Origin: Atractiella rhizophila
Lineage: Eukaryota
Assembly: GCA_021432655.1 (NCBI GenBank)
Contig: MU271295.1
Coordinates: 46,657-104,430, forward strand
DNA length: 57,774 bases
Direction of reading: 5' to 3'
Positions 12,416-24,840 of this stretch are shown in pieces (position 1 is the stretch's first letter; the number at the start of each line of letters is the position of its first letter). The notes under the pieces were generated by a model that ran no database searches, was not told the origin of the DNA, and saw only the letters and a list, made by a program, of their open reading frames with translations. The position numbers and the translations under genes were made by a program.

Positions 12416-12557
12416 CGGATTGATGGTAAAGAGCGAGGCAGCTCCAACGGCTGGAGCGACTTTTTTTGTCTTCTTTTTGTCAAAAGGTATATGTATGGTG
12501 GTAGGCTCATGATCAATTGCAAAGGTTTGTTATGCGAATAGGTGTTCACGCTCAGGT

Positions 12558-15120
12558 TCACTTATTGAACCGTTTCCCCTTCTTTTGCATATTGATATGC
12601 CCCCTCAACCTCTTCTGCTTCTCCCTCAAGCTGACCTGTCCCTTCTTCCTTACCTGCCCAGAATACTGAATCATCGCAAAAGCCTTGCCCTTCCTCTTCT
12701 GCTCGTTCGTCGTGCTCGAAGGGTCAACTTGTTTCTTCTTTCCCTGTCATCACCGAATCCACATTGATCAGAAACCACTCATGCCCATGCAGACAGGCAA
12801 GAGAAGGAACATGACGAACTTTCGCGGACCCAAACTTCTCTCGTCCCTCTCGTCCTTTAGCAATACTCTCCATCCTCTCCTCATAAGTCGCCTTCTCCTT
12901 CTTCCTTACACCTTCAATATCTCCTTCTGTCAACAAGCCGTCTCCAGCATTGGAAGAGGCTTCCTTCTTCTTTGCTTTCAAAGCATTCAGTCGCTTCTTT
13001 GCAGCTGTCCCACCAGAATTCTTCACTTCTTCTTCTGCCTGCGCCAGCATCAACTCGTTCATTTTTGCATAGTCGGCCGGCGTGAGAATCTGTCATGCAC
13101 ATCATTAGAATGAAGTAAGAACAGCCAGGGAGGACACATACCCTCGAAGTAGCTAGCTCAAAAGCTTTCTTTTTAGCGTCTTCTTTCTTTTCAACCACCT
13201 TTTCAGGATCCTCGTCCTCTTTCTCCACTTCTTCGTGAGCAACCTTGCGTTTTTTCTCTTCCTCCCCTCCGCCTCATCATCACTATCGGAAATCTCGATA
13301 TCGTCCTCGTCGTCGCTCTCAACATTGATCCATCCGTCCTCACTCTCACTACTATCTTCCTCCGCCTCCCACTCATCCCAAGCCTTCTCATCTTCCTCTT
13401 CTTGCTCCCTCTCCTCCAAGTGATTCGCTAACAACGCCAGTCCATCCAGTCTATTTTGTTCCTCCTCCCCGCCATATTGCGCTTGAACGACCCCTTGAGA
13501 AGATTTGGACTTGATGGTCGCATTCTTCCCCCTCTCCTTCTTCTTCAATAAACTAGGCATCGTTTCACGCCACAACTGCAGCAAAGATCGAGCAGCCATC
13601 ATCACTCCTTTATCTCCACTCTTTTTATACTCCACCAGATCCTCCACCAGATCCTCCTCACCCTCCATTGCTAGTGGCTGCCGTCGACAAATTTCCCGTA
13701 TGGCATTCAAACCGACAGCGATAACCTCAGAAGCGACTCCGGGGTGAACGAACTCGTTTGCGAGTTTGCGAATAATGGGAGGCAGGGCATCAGGAGGAAG
13801 GAGGGGATGGATGGAGGAACAGAGGGAGGCGAGAATGGAGGTTATCTGAAGCTGATGGTGGTTGAGATAGCGGAGGATGTAAGAATAATACGGGAGTGTA
13901 AGTGTCCGATGATACCCCGTCACGCGACCAAAGAGCTTGAGCAGGAGCAGTTTATGTTCGAACGCGTACGACTTATCATATTTCACTAGGTGCTCGTAAA
14001 TGGCATCCGCGAAATCTTGAGGATCCTGTAAGAGCTGAAGAGCGCTGAAGTTCACTGATTCCTGGGAAGCAGTCTGCTTTCGTTTCCGCTTCTTCGACAT
14101 CTCCCGCAGCTTCTTTTTCGCCTCCCTCTCCCTCGCCTTTGTCTTCTTGTTAATCTCCTGCTGATGTTTCATCTTCCTAATCAGCTTCTCGTTCGGCCCA
14201 GCCTCTTCCTCTTCCGAATCTTCCTCCACTCCGCCTCCTTCAACTTCGTCCAAGAAAAAGTGGATCGCGATCGATTGCACCTTCGTGTGCGGATGGAAGA
14301 CGGCTCGTCGAATGATGGAAACCGTCTTCTCGTCCCGCCACACTCCCTTCTTCCATAACTCAGTCGCGAGCTTGACAGCCCAGACACCCTCTTTACCTTC
14401 GATCGAAGAAGCTGTCCCTTCGGCGTTTTTGCCTTTGCCTCCCTTTGTGCCAGTTCCGGAGCGCTCGCCAGAAGACATTCCACGTTCGACCATAGAGAAT
14501 AGTAGTGATTGGACAGTCCGATTTAGCTTGTGGTTCTTGGTTGGTGTGTTCGAGGTCTTAATGTCTGATAGGATAGTCTTCAGGATGTACGTCCTAAGGG
14601 AAGAGGATGGTGTCTTGGAGAGGAACGGAAAGAGAATTTTTAACAAGCTATCACAATCACAGCGTTGGTGAACACAGGCTCTCCAGAAGGAAGTAGAGAA
14701 AGAAACGCACTCGACGCCTTCCATCCCTCCTCTCCTCCTGACACCCACTAACACCCCAACAATCGTCTTCCTTGTCTCTGCGGGCCAGGTCTCTCCATCT
14801 CTCAAAAGCATCTCTCCCAGCTTTGCCGGCCATCCATCCGTAAGGTCCTTATAGAGATGACCAACATTCCCAACAAAGGTAACACACTCCCTCCATTTCT
14901 CATGTTCTTTCTTTCCGCCGCTTCCCGACGCAATCATCTCCCTCAAATTCTCTTCCAAAGCCCATTGCGACAGAAACTCTTCCCGATATGCAGCGGGAGA
15001 CCGTTTGAGAGCGTTTTGAAGGGTAGGAAGGGAGTTAATCAGGTGTAATCCGCGCGCCGTTTTGGTCGCTGGTTCCAGGGACGTAGAGCCAGAAGCCAGG
15101 GACGCCACAACAGATGACAT
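12558..15120 (-). CDS. SDA1: SDA1 family 60S ribosome biogenesis/export factor
   Basis: LPTLQNALKRSPAAYREEFLSQW, NHKLNRTVQ, ELWKKGVW, ALQLLQDPQDFA, ANEFV...VGLNAIREICRRQPL, LVEYKKSGDKGVMMAARSL, acidic region, LATSR|ILTPAD, KATYEERMESIAKGREGREKFGS, STTNEQKRKGKAFAM. Introns 14648-14710, ~13092-13142, ~12744-12822. Requires a -1 frameshift near 13250. Confidence 0.94.
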
Positions 15121-15176
15121 GATGATGCTGAGTTAGCTGGCACTGAGTGATCTCAGAATTGTCTACTCGCTCAAAC

Positions 15177-15186
15177 AAAATTTTTT
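15177..15186. promoter_or_regulatory. RRPE-like element upstream of SDA1
   Basis: AAAATTTTTT ~60 bp upstream of the SDA1 ATG; matches the rRNA processing element typical of fungal ribosome-biogenesis promoters. Confidence 0.4.
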
Positions 15187-15630
15187 GTCGTAGTTTAGTT
15201 TGACTACATTGCACAACTTCCTTCTGGAAACGGGGAGAGAAAGAGGGACTGAGAATTCGATGGGAAATAGTATGCAATGCAAATGAGACGATATCCGACA
15301 ATTGAGGATGATCACTGCAGACGAATACCGCTGACTAGTTTGGTTGGTCTGAGCTTCAAGGAAAAGAAAGAGCGAGAGAACAAGCCGTTAACCAAAAGTA
15401 CTAGTAAAGCGGAGTCAAGGACAGCAAAATGTACCGATGTTCAAGCTACAGTGGAGAAGCGGAAGTAGTGAATAAAAGGTGAGTTTCGAGCACAACCGTT
15501 TCCCAAAATCGAAGCCAAGAGGAAGGAATATACCGAAAATGTGCTGAAGGATGAAGTCGACGAAAGGCAGAGTACACACAGTCAAGATCATTGTCCTTCA
15601 AGTGAAACGGATGTTGATTGTATAAAACAC

Positions 15631-17107
15631 TTATCTCCTGCGGTTCGTGATGATTGTTTGTCTTTTCACTGCTCGACTCGTGCTTCCGCTATTGTCCTCC
15701 TGTCGTTGGCCGCTTCGTCCAAGTGTCCTCTCGGCATGCGGTTCACAATAGGGGAGACCTCCGACTACGAAGTGAAAGTCGGACAAAGGACGTTCACAAC
15801 GATCGTAAGAGCAAGTAAAGCACTGCGGGTGATCTGCACACGTTCATTAGCGCTTATGGGAAGAGGGAAAACTGCAAAGACCTACAGCGACCTCCACCCC
15901 CATTTTCCTTCCCCACCAGGCTGACACAGGGACCCTCGATACCCCTTCCGCATGTTCGATTCCGGCAGATACTCCCGTTCGCTTGATGATAGTCCATCTC
16001 GCAATACGGAGCGCCGTCGTAGACGTAAAACTCCTTGTTTGGGAATGGCCGTGCACATGCTTTACAAACGAAGCAATGTGGATGGTATCTCCCCAAAACC
16101 TTCCCATCGCCACTCCCTACACTCTTCCCCTCGATCGCAAGCTTGCACCTCCTGCATTTAGGGAGATACCGATCTCGATAACAAGAAATGCAAAACCTCG
16201 CTGCATCCTTCTTCACTTCCTCTCCCTGCTTGATAACTCTATTACAGGCAGAGCACACCTTATACTCTCTCCTTCCTTGCTCTACGAGTGCGACATTCGG
16301 TACGGAAGATGAGTAAGGTAGTTCCGATTGATAGTTGTTGGTTGGAGGAAGGACCGAAGAGGCGGAACGAACGAGTGGGGCAGAACCAGCTGCTGAATTC
16401 GCAGTGACGGGTGAAGGTTCAGTATTGGAGCGGGAAGGGGTGCGAGGATCGTCTGACACGACGACTCGCAGAAGGTCTTGAATGCATTCTTCCAACCCAA
16501 CCTGGGTCTGAGATTCGGTCGGTTTGTGAGCATGAGCTCTAGAGGCAGCTCGAGGGCGAGGTTGGAAAGACGCTTTGGGCGTCGTGACGGGGTTGTTGAA
16601 CTGGTTGCGGGTGGAGGATTTTGGCGTCTCGTGCTTCTGGATCAAGCCGAAGACGGGCACTTCATCCTTTGAATCTTCCAAGAACTTGAAAGCGTTGGTG
16701 TCGCCGTCTACATCTTTCAAATCTTCTTCGTCCCAAAGAGTTTCTTGCTTTCGGAACCCAGGAGATGAGAGGGGTTTGGTTATTGGAATTGGCTCCAGTC
16801 TTTTCCTGCCATAACTGCCGTTGAGGCTTGCACCTCCTCCGATTCTTGGACTCGAGAGGGAGGAATCGAAAGACCCAGATGGAGAGGGAAGAGGGGACGA
16901 CGATGCCGTGGAATTGGGAGAAAGCGAAGGAGGGTGGTGTTGATATGCATTCTGAGCCCTGTAGGTGTCGACACGCAAGGAGCTTGATGAAGATGAAGGA
17001 GTGGACGCCAGTGGACGACGGCAAATATGAGTTGTAAGGTGGTCAAGCTGCACAGAAGTGCCACAAGTCGAGCACTTTATCGTCGGTTGCAACATACTGG
17101 GATCCAT
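15631..17107 (-). CDS. LIM-domain protein, paxillin/Pxl1-like
   Basis: N-terminal CSTC...HIC zinc motif; C-terminal LIM repeats CRRC...YHPHCFVCKAC...PYCEMDY and CRNRTC...|YHPQCFTCSYDRC...PYCEPH after one intron (~15837-15886); stop 15631-15633. Confidence 0.88.
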
Positions 17108-17831
17108 CGAAGAGGAAATTAGCGCGAAAACAAGCCTTTATTTCTCTCAGCGCGCCCTGAACGCGACGACGCGGCTCCAATGCTGCTCAACGCTCCTCAA
17201 ACAGTTCCAAAGAACCACAGATGTCGATCCACTTGGATGATAGATAGCAGGAGACGGAGATTTACTCCCGACACCAGAATCCCAGAACATTTACCTCCAA
17301 GAACGAAGAAATGCTCACCTGTCGACCTCAAACTTACTTCCGCCAACGATAAGAAATTCTGAAACTCTTGAAAACTCAGCGAGAGACTCCTCCTCCCCAC
17401 GCCCGCGTATAAATGCGCTCTTCCTTCGTCGCTAGTGGAAATTCTGGCCTGATTCTGTAGGACGACCCGTGAGCAAGCGCATGAATCTAGTCTAGCTACC
17501 GGAACCCTATTGGCTGTAGATGCAGATACGCTTGAACCCTATCTCAGAAATCAATGTTCATAAATTAAACTCTATCTGACTTGATTAATCCCAATGTCAA
17601 TGGACAAGGAGAAATTGTGGATAATTGCCGTATTATTCAACATGATATGTAGCCATATTTTCTTGTCATTTCTCTTTAATGGAACTGAGAGATGACACAA
17701 TAACTAGTGTTTTCTCTTTCTGCCCCAGAAAATTTCGTCTTCCCCTTTGCGTGAATACTTCCCGAATTGATCCGAATTCAGGAATGACCTGAACAGACGC
17801 AGTGGTAAAGGTCGAAATGTATCGTGGTTCA

Positions 17832-19168
17832 TTACAGTGCCAAAGAGGCGAGGAACAAAGCAGCCGCTCCGACTTGCAATAAAATAGCCCTTTTGTCAGT
17901 CTTGACATGCATAACAGAAGCACTATGGTCAGACCTACACCAACCGATCAGTCAGAGAACTGATAAAATGGAGAAAGAAGCGCACTGTGAATTTTGAGCC
18001 TTTTTCTGCGGCTGGACTCCCTTCAACATGTATGCACCAGATATTCCTACCTCGCCATTGGAAATGAGATGCAGAGTGTGCGTCCCTTCTCCATAGCCAT
18101 CGCCCCAGAACAAGACTTTGCCGGTTTGCACCCCTCCTGCCCGATACTGGCCGTACGTCCTGCTCCAAGACGTAGATTCACCGTCCCACCAATGGTCTGT
18201 ATTCTTCGGTAACGGGATAGGGTAATCCACCGTAATGTTGGGTGGAGAGAATGTGGATGTTTGGTTTGACAAAATAAGTATGTTGGGACCTAAATGAACG
18301 CTCGATTAGTGTAGAATAAGGATGTGAAAAGCACAAACCGGTGAAAGTCAGACTTAGAAGCTGATTGCTCACACTTGTGGACCTGTTTTGACAGTCACGC
18401 TTGGACGACTTGTCAAAGACAGAGGCTTACACAGCTGTCTCATCCGTAGTCCACTGCGAGCCAGCTGTTCCGCTGCCCGCCAATCCGCTGATATTGGTAT
18501 ATTTATCGGTGTTTTCAAGAACGAAAGCCCTCAGAGGAATACTCTCATTTCCCGCGACCATCCTTTACTGTCACATTAGCGACTGAACTGCTTCAGAAGA
18601 AGTGGAAACACACCCTTCAGAATCAGCTGGCAAGAAGGTCTGAATAGAGAAGTCTTCCACCGTGAGGATGTTGGACCATCCGTCTATTGGATCCGGATCC
18701 CATCCAACAGAAATATTCGCAATCTGTAACTCTTGAGGGTTCTACTTATGATCAGAATTTTCGTACGGGAGCTGATACAAGACGAACCACGGTTGTAGTA
18801 TTGAGCAGGATAAGCTGGTTACGAAATCCATCCATCAAGGAGAGAGTTTGATGGTGCTCCTCAGGCGTTGCAACGCCGGGGGTCCCAACAACTGTCCTGT
18901 AAGCCATTGTATCCCATTGCACATTCCCATGGATAGCGACAGAGGAGCCTTGGTCAAGTCTTAATACTCTTTCTAAGATGGTCTAAAGCAACAAACCGTT
19001 GAACTCGACGAAAGCTCCACTTTCTTGAGTCGCTGCGACAGAGTAGACGGTATATCCTTCAGGTACTTGAGACGAAATATGATGCTCCCGAGTCCATGGT
19101 CCGCCGTAATAGGACACAATGGGATCAGCGAAAGAGACGGTAACATTAAAGGGTATCAAAGTCGCCAT
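17832..19168 (-). CDS. Hypothetical multi-exon beta-rich protein with C-terminal hydrophobic anchor (probably cell-surface)
   Basis: Exons MATLIPFNVTVSFADPIVSYYGGPW..., GSSVAIHGNVQW..., ...KVLFWGDGYGEGTHTLHL..., ending AILLQVGAAALFLASLAL*. The true start may lie upstream. Confidence 0.5.
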
Positions 19169-19603
19169 AAAGACGCGCGCTGCCTACAAAAGAATGAGAA
19201 GGAAAGGATGCAACTTTCAACGAAGGTAGGGTATTAGTGATCAAGCAGGAAGCCAGGTTGAGGTTTCAGGAAGCAAAACCTGACATAACACAACACCTAA
19301 ATTTGCCCGACCTCGAACTGAACTTGTGTCTGATTCGGTCTGATCGCCGAACTCCGAGCAGAGTACTTGATCCCACAATGCTTTCAGAGCTGGCAACAGA
19401 CTTCATAGCAAGTTATGAAATAAGTAGTGTTGTTTTAATTAGCACACCTCAAGATGGTCTGTCAGCATGGGACCTTTGTGGGGATCCATTAGCATGACCG
19501 TGAACAGCCAGTGTTGGTTGACTCACCCTAACTCTGTTCATCTAACAGCACCTACCCAAACGTCTACCACAGTTCGTGAGGAAGCGGTGGAAGGCATTGA
19601 ATA

Positions 19604-20587
19604 ATGGGTGCCTTCTTTGATGACATTCCCGAGCACCTCATCGAGTGGATAAAGAAGCAACATGTATTCCAGGTTGCCACTGCTCCGCTAAAAGGTGAGC
19701 AACTTCACTGGTTCCTTTGCGAGATGCGAAAGGAGTGATCAGAGCATTATATACGCTAGGTGGTCACGTCAATGTTAGTCCTAAAGGTGGAGAATGCTTC
19801 CACATCGTGAATAACAAGCAAGTGTATTATTTGGACTGCACTGGTTCAGGCAAGTCAGTCATTTCTCGCCATTTTATCGTTTGACGTGTAAGTTTCAGGC
19901 AACGAAACTATTTCTCACCTTTACGAGCCAGGAAATGGCAGACTAACGATTATGTTTGCCGCCTTTGAGGGAGCTCCTCGCATTGTTCGGCTCTATGGCA
20001 AAGGTGAGCACAGTTTGCTTACTCAACTCTGACTGCGCTAATTATAAGTTTCAAAATGCAGGAAGCGTTTTCGAGCGGGGTACGCCAGAATTTGAGAGAT
20101 ACTATCCTGCTGGAGAAACTCTCGTGCCTGGAGCGCGCTCTGTTATTCTGCTGGACATCACGAAAGTAGGGTCTTCTTGCGGATACAGTGTTCCTTTCTT
20201 TGAATTTGTCAAGCATCGTAAGCGTCCCTTCTCTATAGTTCGCAATACTTAAACTATTGCAACTTAGGAAATACCCTCAACAATTACTTCGAAAAGGTCG
20301 AGAACCCACCTCAAGAGAAGGGTGATGTGAAGGAAATCGAACGAAATGCGCAAGGGATCCCCGTCAACTTGGTAGAATACTGGCGAAAGAAGAACGCGGA
20401 CAGTATAGATGGTTTACCAGGCCTTAAGATTGTCAGCAAACAGAACGTTTGGTCTAAGATCTCGAAAACGGCGAGAGGTGACTTGATTTCGGTCCTTTTC
20501 CTTGGTCTGCTTCTCGGGATTGTTGTCGGTTTTATCGCAGCGCAACAACTTCCGCTGAGAAGTTCTGTGAGTAGCGTTGTGTATTAA
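19604..20587 (+). CDS. Pyridoxamine 5'-phosphate oxidase-like FMN-binding split-barrel protein with C-terminal TM helix
   Basis: MGAFFDDIPEHLIEWIKKQHVFQVATAPL|GGHVNVSPKG...YLDCTGSG|NETISHLYEPGNGRLTIMFAAFEGAPRIVRLYGK...VGSSCGYSVPFF...YWRKKNADSIDGLPGL; one GC-AG intron (19850-19898). Confidence 0.9.
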
Positions 20588-21091
20588 TCGTCTGTTGCAA
20601 AGAAAGTCTCCTCGAGAGGAAGTGTGGACATATACGAATTCTAGCTCCCCACGGCGTGCAGGCCATCACAAGCTTACGTCGAACAAGAATCCGTTACTAA
20701 TTAGCAGGCTCGCTACATCGTTTACATGACCGCAATATTTACTGAAGAGACTATGTATAGTAACTCAGGTCTCTCGCGTTCCCAGTCACGTGCCTCAGAC
20801 AGGACCAACTCAAGACGACGAAGTTTTCGTCAGATCGATATTCACACGTATCCTCTTTTCTTCTTTCTTCATCACCTGTACAGCTTAGCAGACGTGTTGC
20901 TGTTCTTGCTTCTGGCGCTGTGGCAATATCAATGCAACAGTCTGGAGCAGAGTCCTAAAAGAGCTTATGATAAAGCCGGCCAAGCACATCATAGTCGCCT
21001 TATCACTGCGGCAGAGACGACTGGAACTTCGCTTTGCATCTTCGCACGCATCTTATGAAAACGCATCGCAGGAGGTTCGCAGTCGGGCTGC

Positions 21092-21116
21092 GGAACATTC
21101 GGGTCAATTCTCGAAG
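21092..21116. promoter_or_regulatory. Gap-type heat shock element
   Basis: GAA(21093) TTC(21098) gap TTC(21108) GAA(21113), all in 5-bp phase, ~100 bp upstream of the Hsp20 ATG; CATAAAA at ~21174. Confidence 0.55.
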
Positions 21117-21215
21117 GTGACTCATCCTCCCACTTTGCGTATTTGCCTTGAGTTGCGCGTGCTGCATCTGTTCCATAAAAGGGATCTCTCAAAATGATGA
21201 GGGCCAGTCGCCACC

Positions 21216-22173
21216 ATGTCGCACTACTACGTTCTGTCGCCACACAGCTACCAAAATATGTTCAACGGATCCAGCAGCAAGGCCGCCACCTCGTCCGCCG
21301 CCAATGCGCTCGATTGGTTCATCTCTCCCATCCTCCCTAATCTACACAATTTCTCCAGCGATCCGATAGACTTGAGCAGCGTCTGGGCACGTGAGGAAAG
21401 GAAGGATATACCCCCACTGGCCAGTAGCTCGAAACACCCTGCGTCTGCATTTCATTCAAAGGTTCGCCGCTCCAACAGCGCCGACGTGCAAGACGCAAAG
21501 AGCGTACGATCGTCAGCTTCATATTCAACTCTTCGTCCTCCAGTTCAGACGTCCGAACCCGGTCGACTATATTCGCCCTCGCCGCGTATAAAAGCAAAAG
21601 CAAAAGCGGCCACTGTGCCCATACCCTCCACTTCCAACATCAAGGACGCTTCTTCGTCTGCAAAGCGGGTTCGTTTCGACTTGGAATCTCATTCACCTAC
21701 ACCGTCTCCATCTTCCCACCGTCATATGGCTAAGGATAAGGAGCGAGGGAAACGGGCTTCGAAGGGCTTCGAAGTTCCCATGGACATCTATGAGAGCTCT
21801 GTACGTTTCTTGCTCCCAACGAGTCAACAAGGGGAATACTCATGACTCTTATTCCGAATAGACCAGCCACACGTTCTACCTCCCCCTTCCCGGTCTCACC
21901 AAAACATCCCTCTCCATCGCCCTCACAACTCCTCCGTCGGAAACACACAAGGTCCTGACAATATCGGGCGAGTTCCTTCCTCTACCAGAAGATGAGAAGC
22001 CAGAAGAGGTTCGAGTGCGCGCGAAGGGACGGCCGGTTGGAAAATTCGAAAAGCGCATCAAGCTCTTACCCTCCACTATGCCCGCAGATGTGAAGGCGAA
22101 GATGTCGGATGGATTGCTGAGGGTGGAGGTCATGAAACCCAAACGGTCTCGCGATACAAATGTCGTTTCGTGA
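21216..22173 (+). CDS. Small heat-shock protein (Hsp20/alpha-crystallin domain) with long N-terminal extension
   Basis: Kozak-like CCACCATG; C-terminal VPMDIYESS|TSHTFYLPLPGLTK...VLTISGE...GKFEKRIKL...DVKAKMSDGLLRVEVMK is an alpha-crystallin signature; intron 21801-21861. Confidence 0.82.
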
Positions 22174-22333
22174 TTGCTGTTGTCATGTTTCGCATTCGCA
22201 GTAGGAAAGATATGCAATAGTTAATACACGGAGATACCGAGCACATCTGTAGCATTCACAATTTACCCATTTGTTCGTTCAACATTGAATTAATCATACC
22301 ATTAACCAGTAGTATTCACTCGAAAACCCAGAA

Positions 22334-24373
22334 CTAGTCCTCTGCTGTCCTCCGCACATCCGCGTCTACACTCTCATCCTCGGGTAACCTTTTCTGACTC
22401 AACTCCCACTCCCTCCTCTTCCTCGCATTCTCCACCCTCTGCAACCCCAACTTATGTCTCCTACTCCTCAAATGCTCTTCCCACCTTCCTCCAAAATCGT
22501 CAAACACTGCCGGCTGGTCGGGAGATCGTGTACAGGTCTCGCATAGCCGCAGCTTGAGTTTCTCTTTCTCCTTCGATTTGTTATGGAGCGGTTCGTCGCT
22601 CGAGGTTGAGGTTGCGGGTGGTGTGGAGAGGAGACTGGCGGCGGCGGGTGACAGGGAGGTGGGGTGTGGCATGGATGTCGAAGAGAGGAAGGAGTTGGAG
22701 ATATGGATGGCGGGTTCGAGGACGTTTGTAGTCCATTGAGATTTATCTATAAAGTTCCTATGCTCAGCCCTCTTTCCAAGTCGTACCCACCGAAAGAAGG
22801 AGGAGGGAGGAGGAGGAACGGCGCACCGGTGCCATCGAGAAGGTAGAGTAGAACGTCGTCCGATCCCTGAACTGCGGGTATAAACTTGTTCTTTATCCAT
22901 TTGATTTGTTTCTTCGCATATTGGACCGTCGAAGTTTGAAGACGTTCCATTCCTTCTTCAAACAACTTTTCGTCCTCTCTTCCGCTCCCTAAACTTTCTA
23001 AATAGGGAAGGAACTCCTTATATCCTGTCCCATCATCACGTCTTTCAATTCTTTATTCATAAAGGTAAAGGAGCAGGAGAAAGGACGAACCGATAGCTTG
23101 AAACAATCCTTCCGAGAACTTAGCACCACCATCCATCCTTTCGACGAGCTCTTTCATCTCCTTCAACTCCTTCCTCAATCCATTGATCCTCATTTCTCCC
23201 CCTCTATCCCTCAACCTCCGCTCCAACTCTTCCTCTTCACACCAAACCCAAAACACCAAACTCCTATATCTCCCCTCCTCCCTCCTCCTTCCACTCTCAT
23301 CCACCCCGCCATTCGATCCCCGCGCTTCTTGTTTCGCGATCAGACTGGATTGTGTCTGTCCAGTGCTAAGAAGGATTTCTAAAGATCGACGAATCTTTCG
23401 GATGTCAAGTGGGTGGAGACGGGAAGAAGTGCGGGGGTCGAGGATAGAAAGGGAGTGATAGAGGAGGAGGGAGAGTTCCACGGCTTCCAACGGTCCTTCC
23501 TTCCTGCCCTCTTTCGTATCCTGCTCATCCTTATCCTCCTTGATATTCTTGCCCAGATTAGAAGTCCCGACTTCGACTCCAGCCCGCGGTCCTACTTCTG
23601 ATAGGATCTTTCTGAGCTCTGTTTTCTCTTCTTCGAACACGTGAGTGGGGAAGTCGGAGTCGAAGGATTTGGAGGTAGAAATGTTTGGGAGGGTAGGGAG
23701 GAGGTGGATGAGCCATTGAAGCGGCTGTGGGAGTGGATCGAGGATGGATACTACACAAGAAGAGGGAAGAGGAGAAGGATGAGAAGGCGGAGAAGGCGGA
23801 GGGGAACGAGGGGCGGAGATGAGACGGTCGGCAAAGATGAGGTTTTGGAGGTAGTAGAATGTGCCTCCGACTGCGAGTGGGATGTTTCTCCGTGCGTGGA
23901 TGCGAGATATCTACTGTACGTGAGAAAATATGAGATTACATATATATTACAGGGTGAATGAATGAGAAATATGGGATCGTGAAAAAATCACAGTAGCAAA
24001 GGCATCAGTGAAAGGTACTCACCTCCCGCTCCGCCTCCTCCGTCCACTCCCCAACCCTTCCCACCCTCCCTGGCTCCCACACGCCCAACAAGTGATGCTT
24101 CAACCCGCCCCTCTCATGCACTGGCAGCTTATTCGTGAAGATGGGGAACCCCTCGTAGCACTGTATCGCATCCGCATTCACGATTTCCACTTCTGCTTCT
24201 TGGTTTTGGGTTTGGTCAGGGTCCTTGAAGAGCAGTTGGGCATGAGAGAGAGAAGTCCCCAGCTGGATGGACAGCTGGCTCTTCCCTACCCCTGTCGTGC
24301 CGATGATCGCTATCAGTGGTCGCTTGGGTGACACTGACATCCGACGCAAAGCTGATGAGAATGTGGGAAGCAT
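22334..24373 (-). CDS. MOD5: tRNA dimethylallyl (isopentenyl) transferase
   Basis: P-loop IAIIGTTGVGKS, IVNADAIQCYEG..IFTNK, HHLLG, VGGTFYYLQ, RLHPLDIRKIRRSLEI, QAIG|YKEF, TVQYAKKQIKWIKNK, C-terminal zinc finger CETC...WEEHLRSRRH; three introns. Confidence 0.94.
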
Positions 24374-24840
24374 GCATAACACTTGCAGCGATTGATGGAG
24401 CGGGATAGCCGATGACTCAATATAACCTTCGGGTAAGTTGCGATGATCTGATGGTTCTTTGGTTTGCAGGACATTCAGTTGAGACTGTGCTTGATTGTGA
24501 TCGTGAGTCTGTTTGTAGAAACTGCTTCATTGTCCTCGCATATTAGCAACTTATAACTCCTTAACGTTAACATTGTCTCCGTATTGTTGATCCTGCACTG
24601 GGTAAATCAACATGTGTATGCTGCATAAACCTTGATGTGGTCGGAGTAATCTATAGTACTCGTGCGATGTACAGATCATTTTGTTGTATTACCTGCTTGA
24701 TGGTGGATCTAGAGTCGGTGCCGACGCATACCTCTCCATCTCCATATGCAAAGCAAAGCAGCCATGAAATGAAGCTGACCTAACTTCTCCTCCAGCTAGT
24801 GAGCCGTAAATCAAGGGAGAAGGTGTAACGAAAACCAGAG

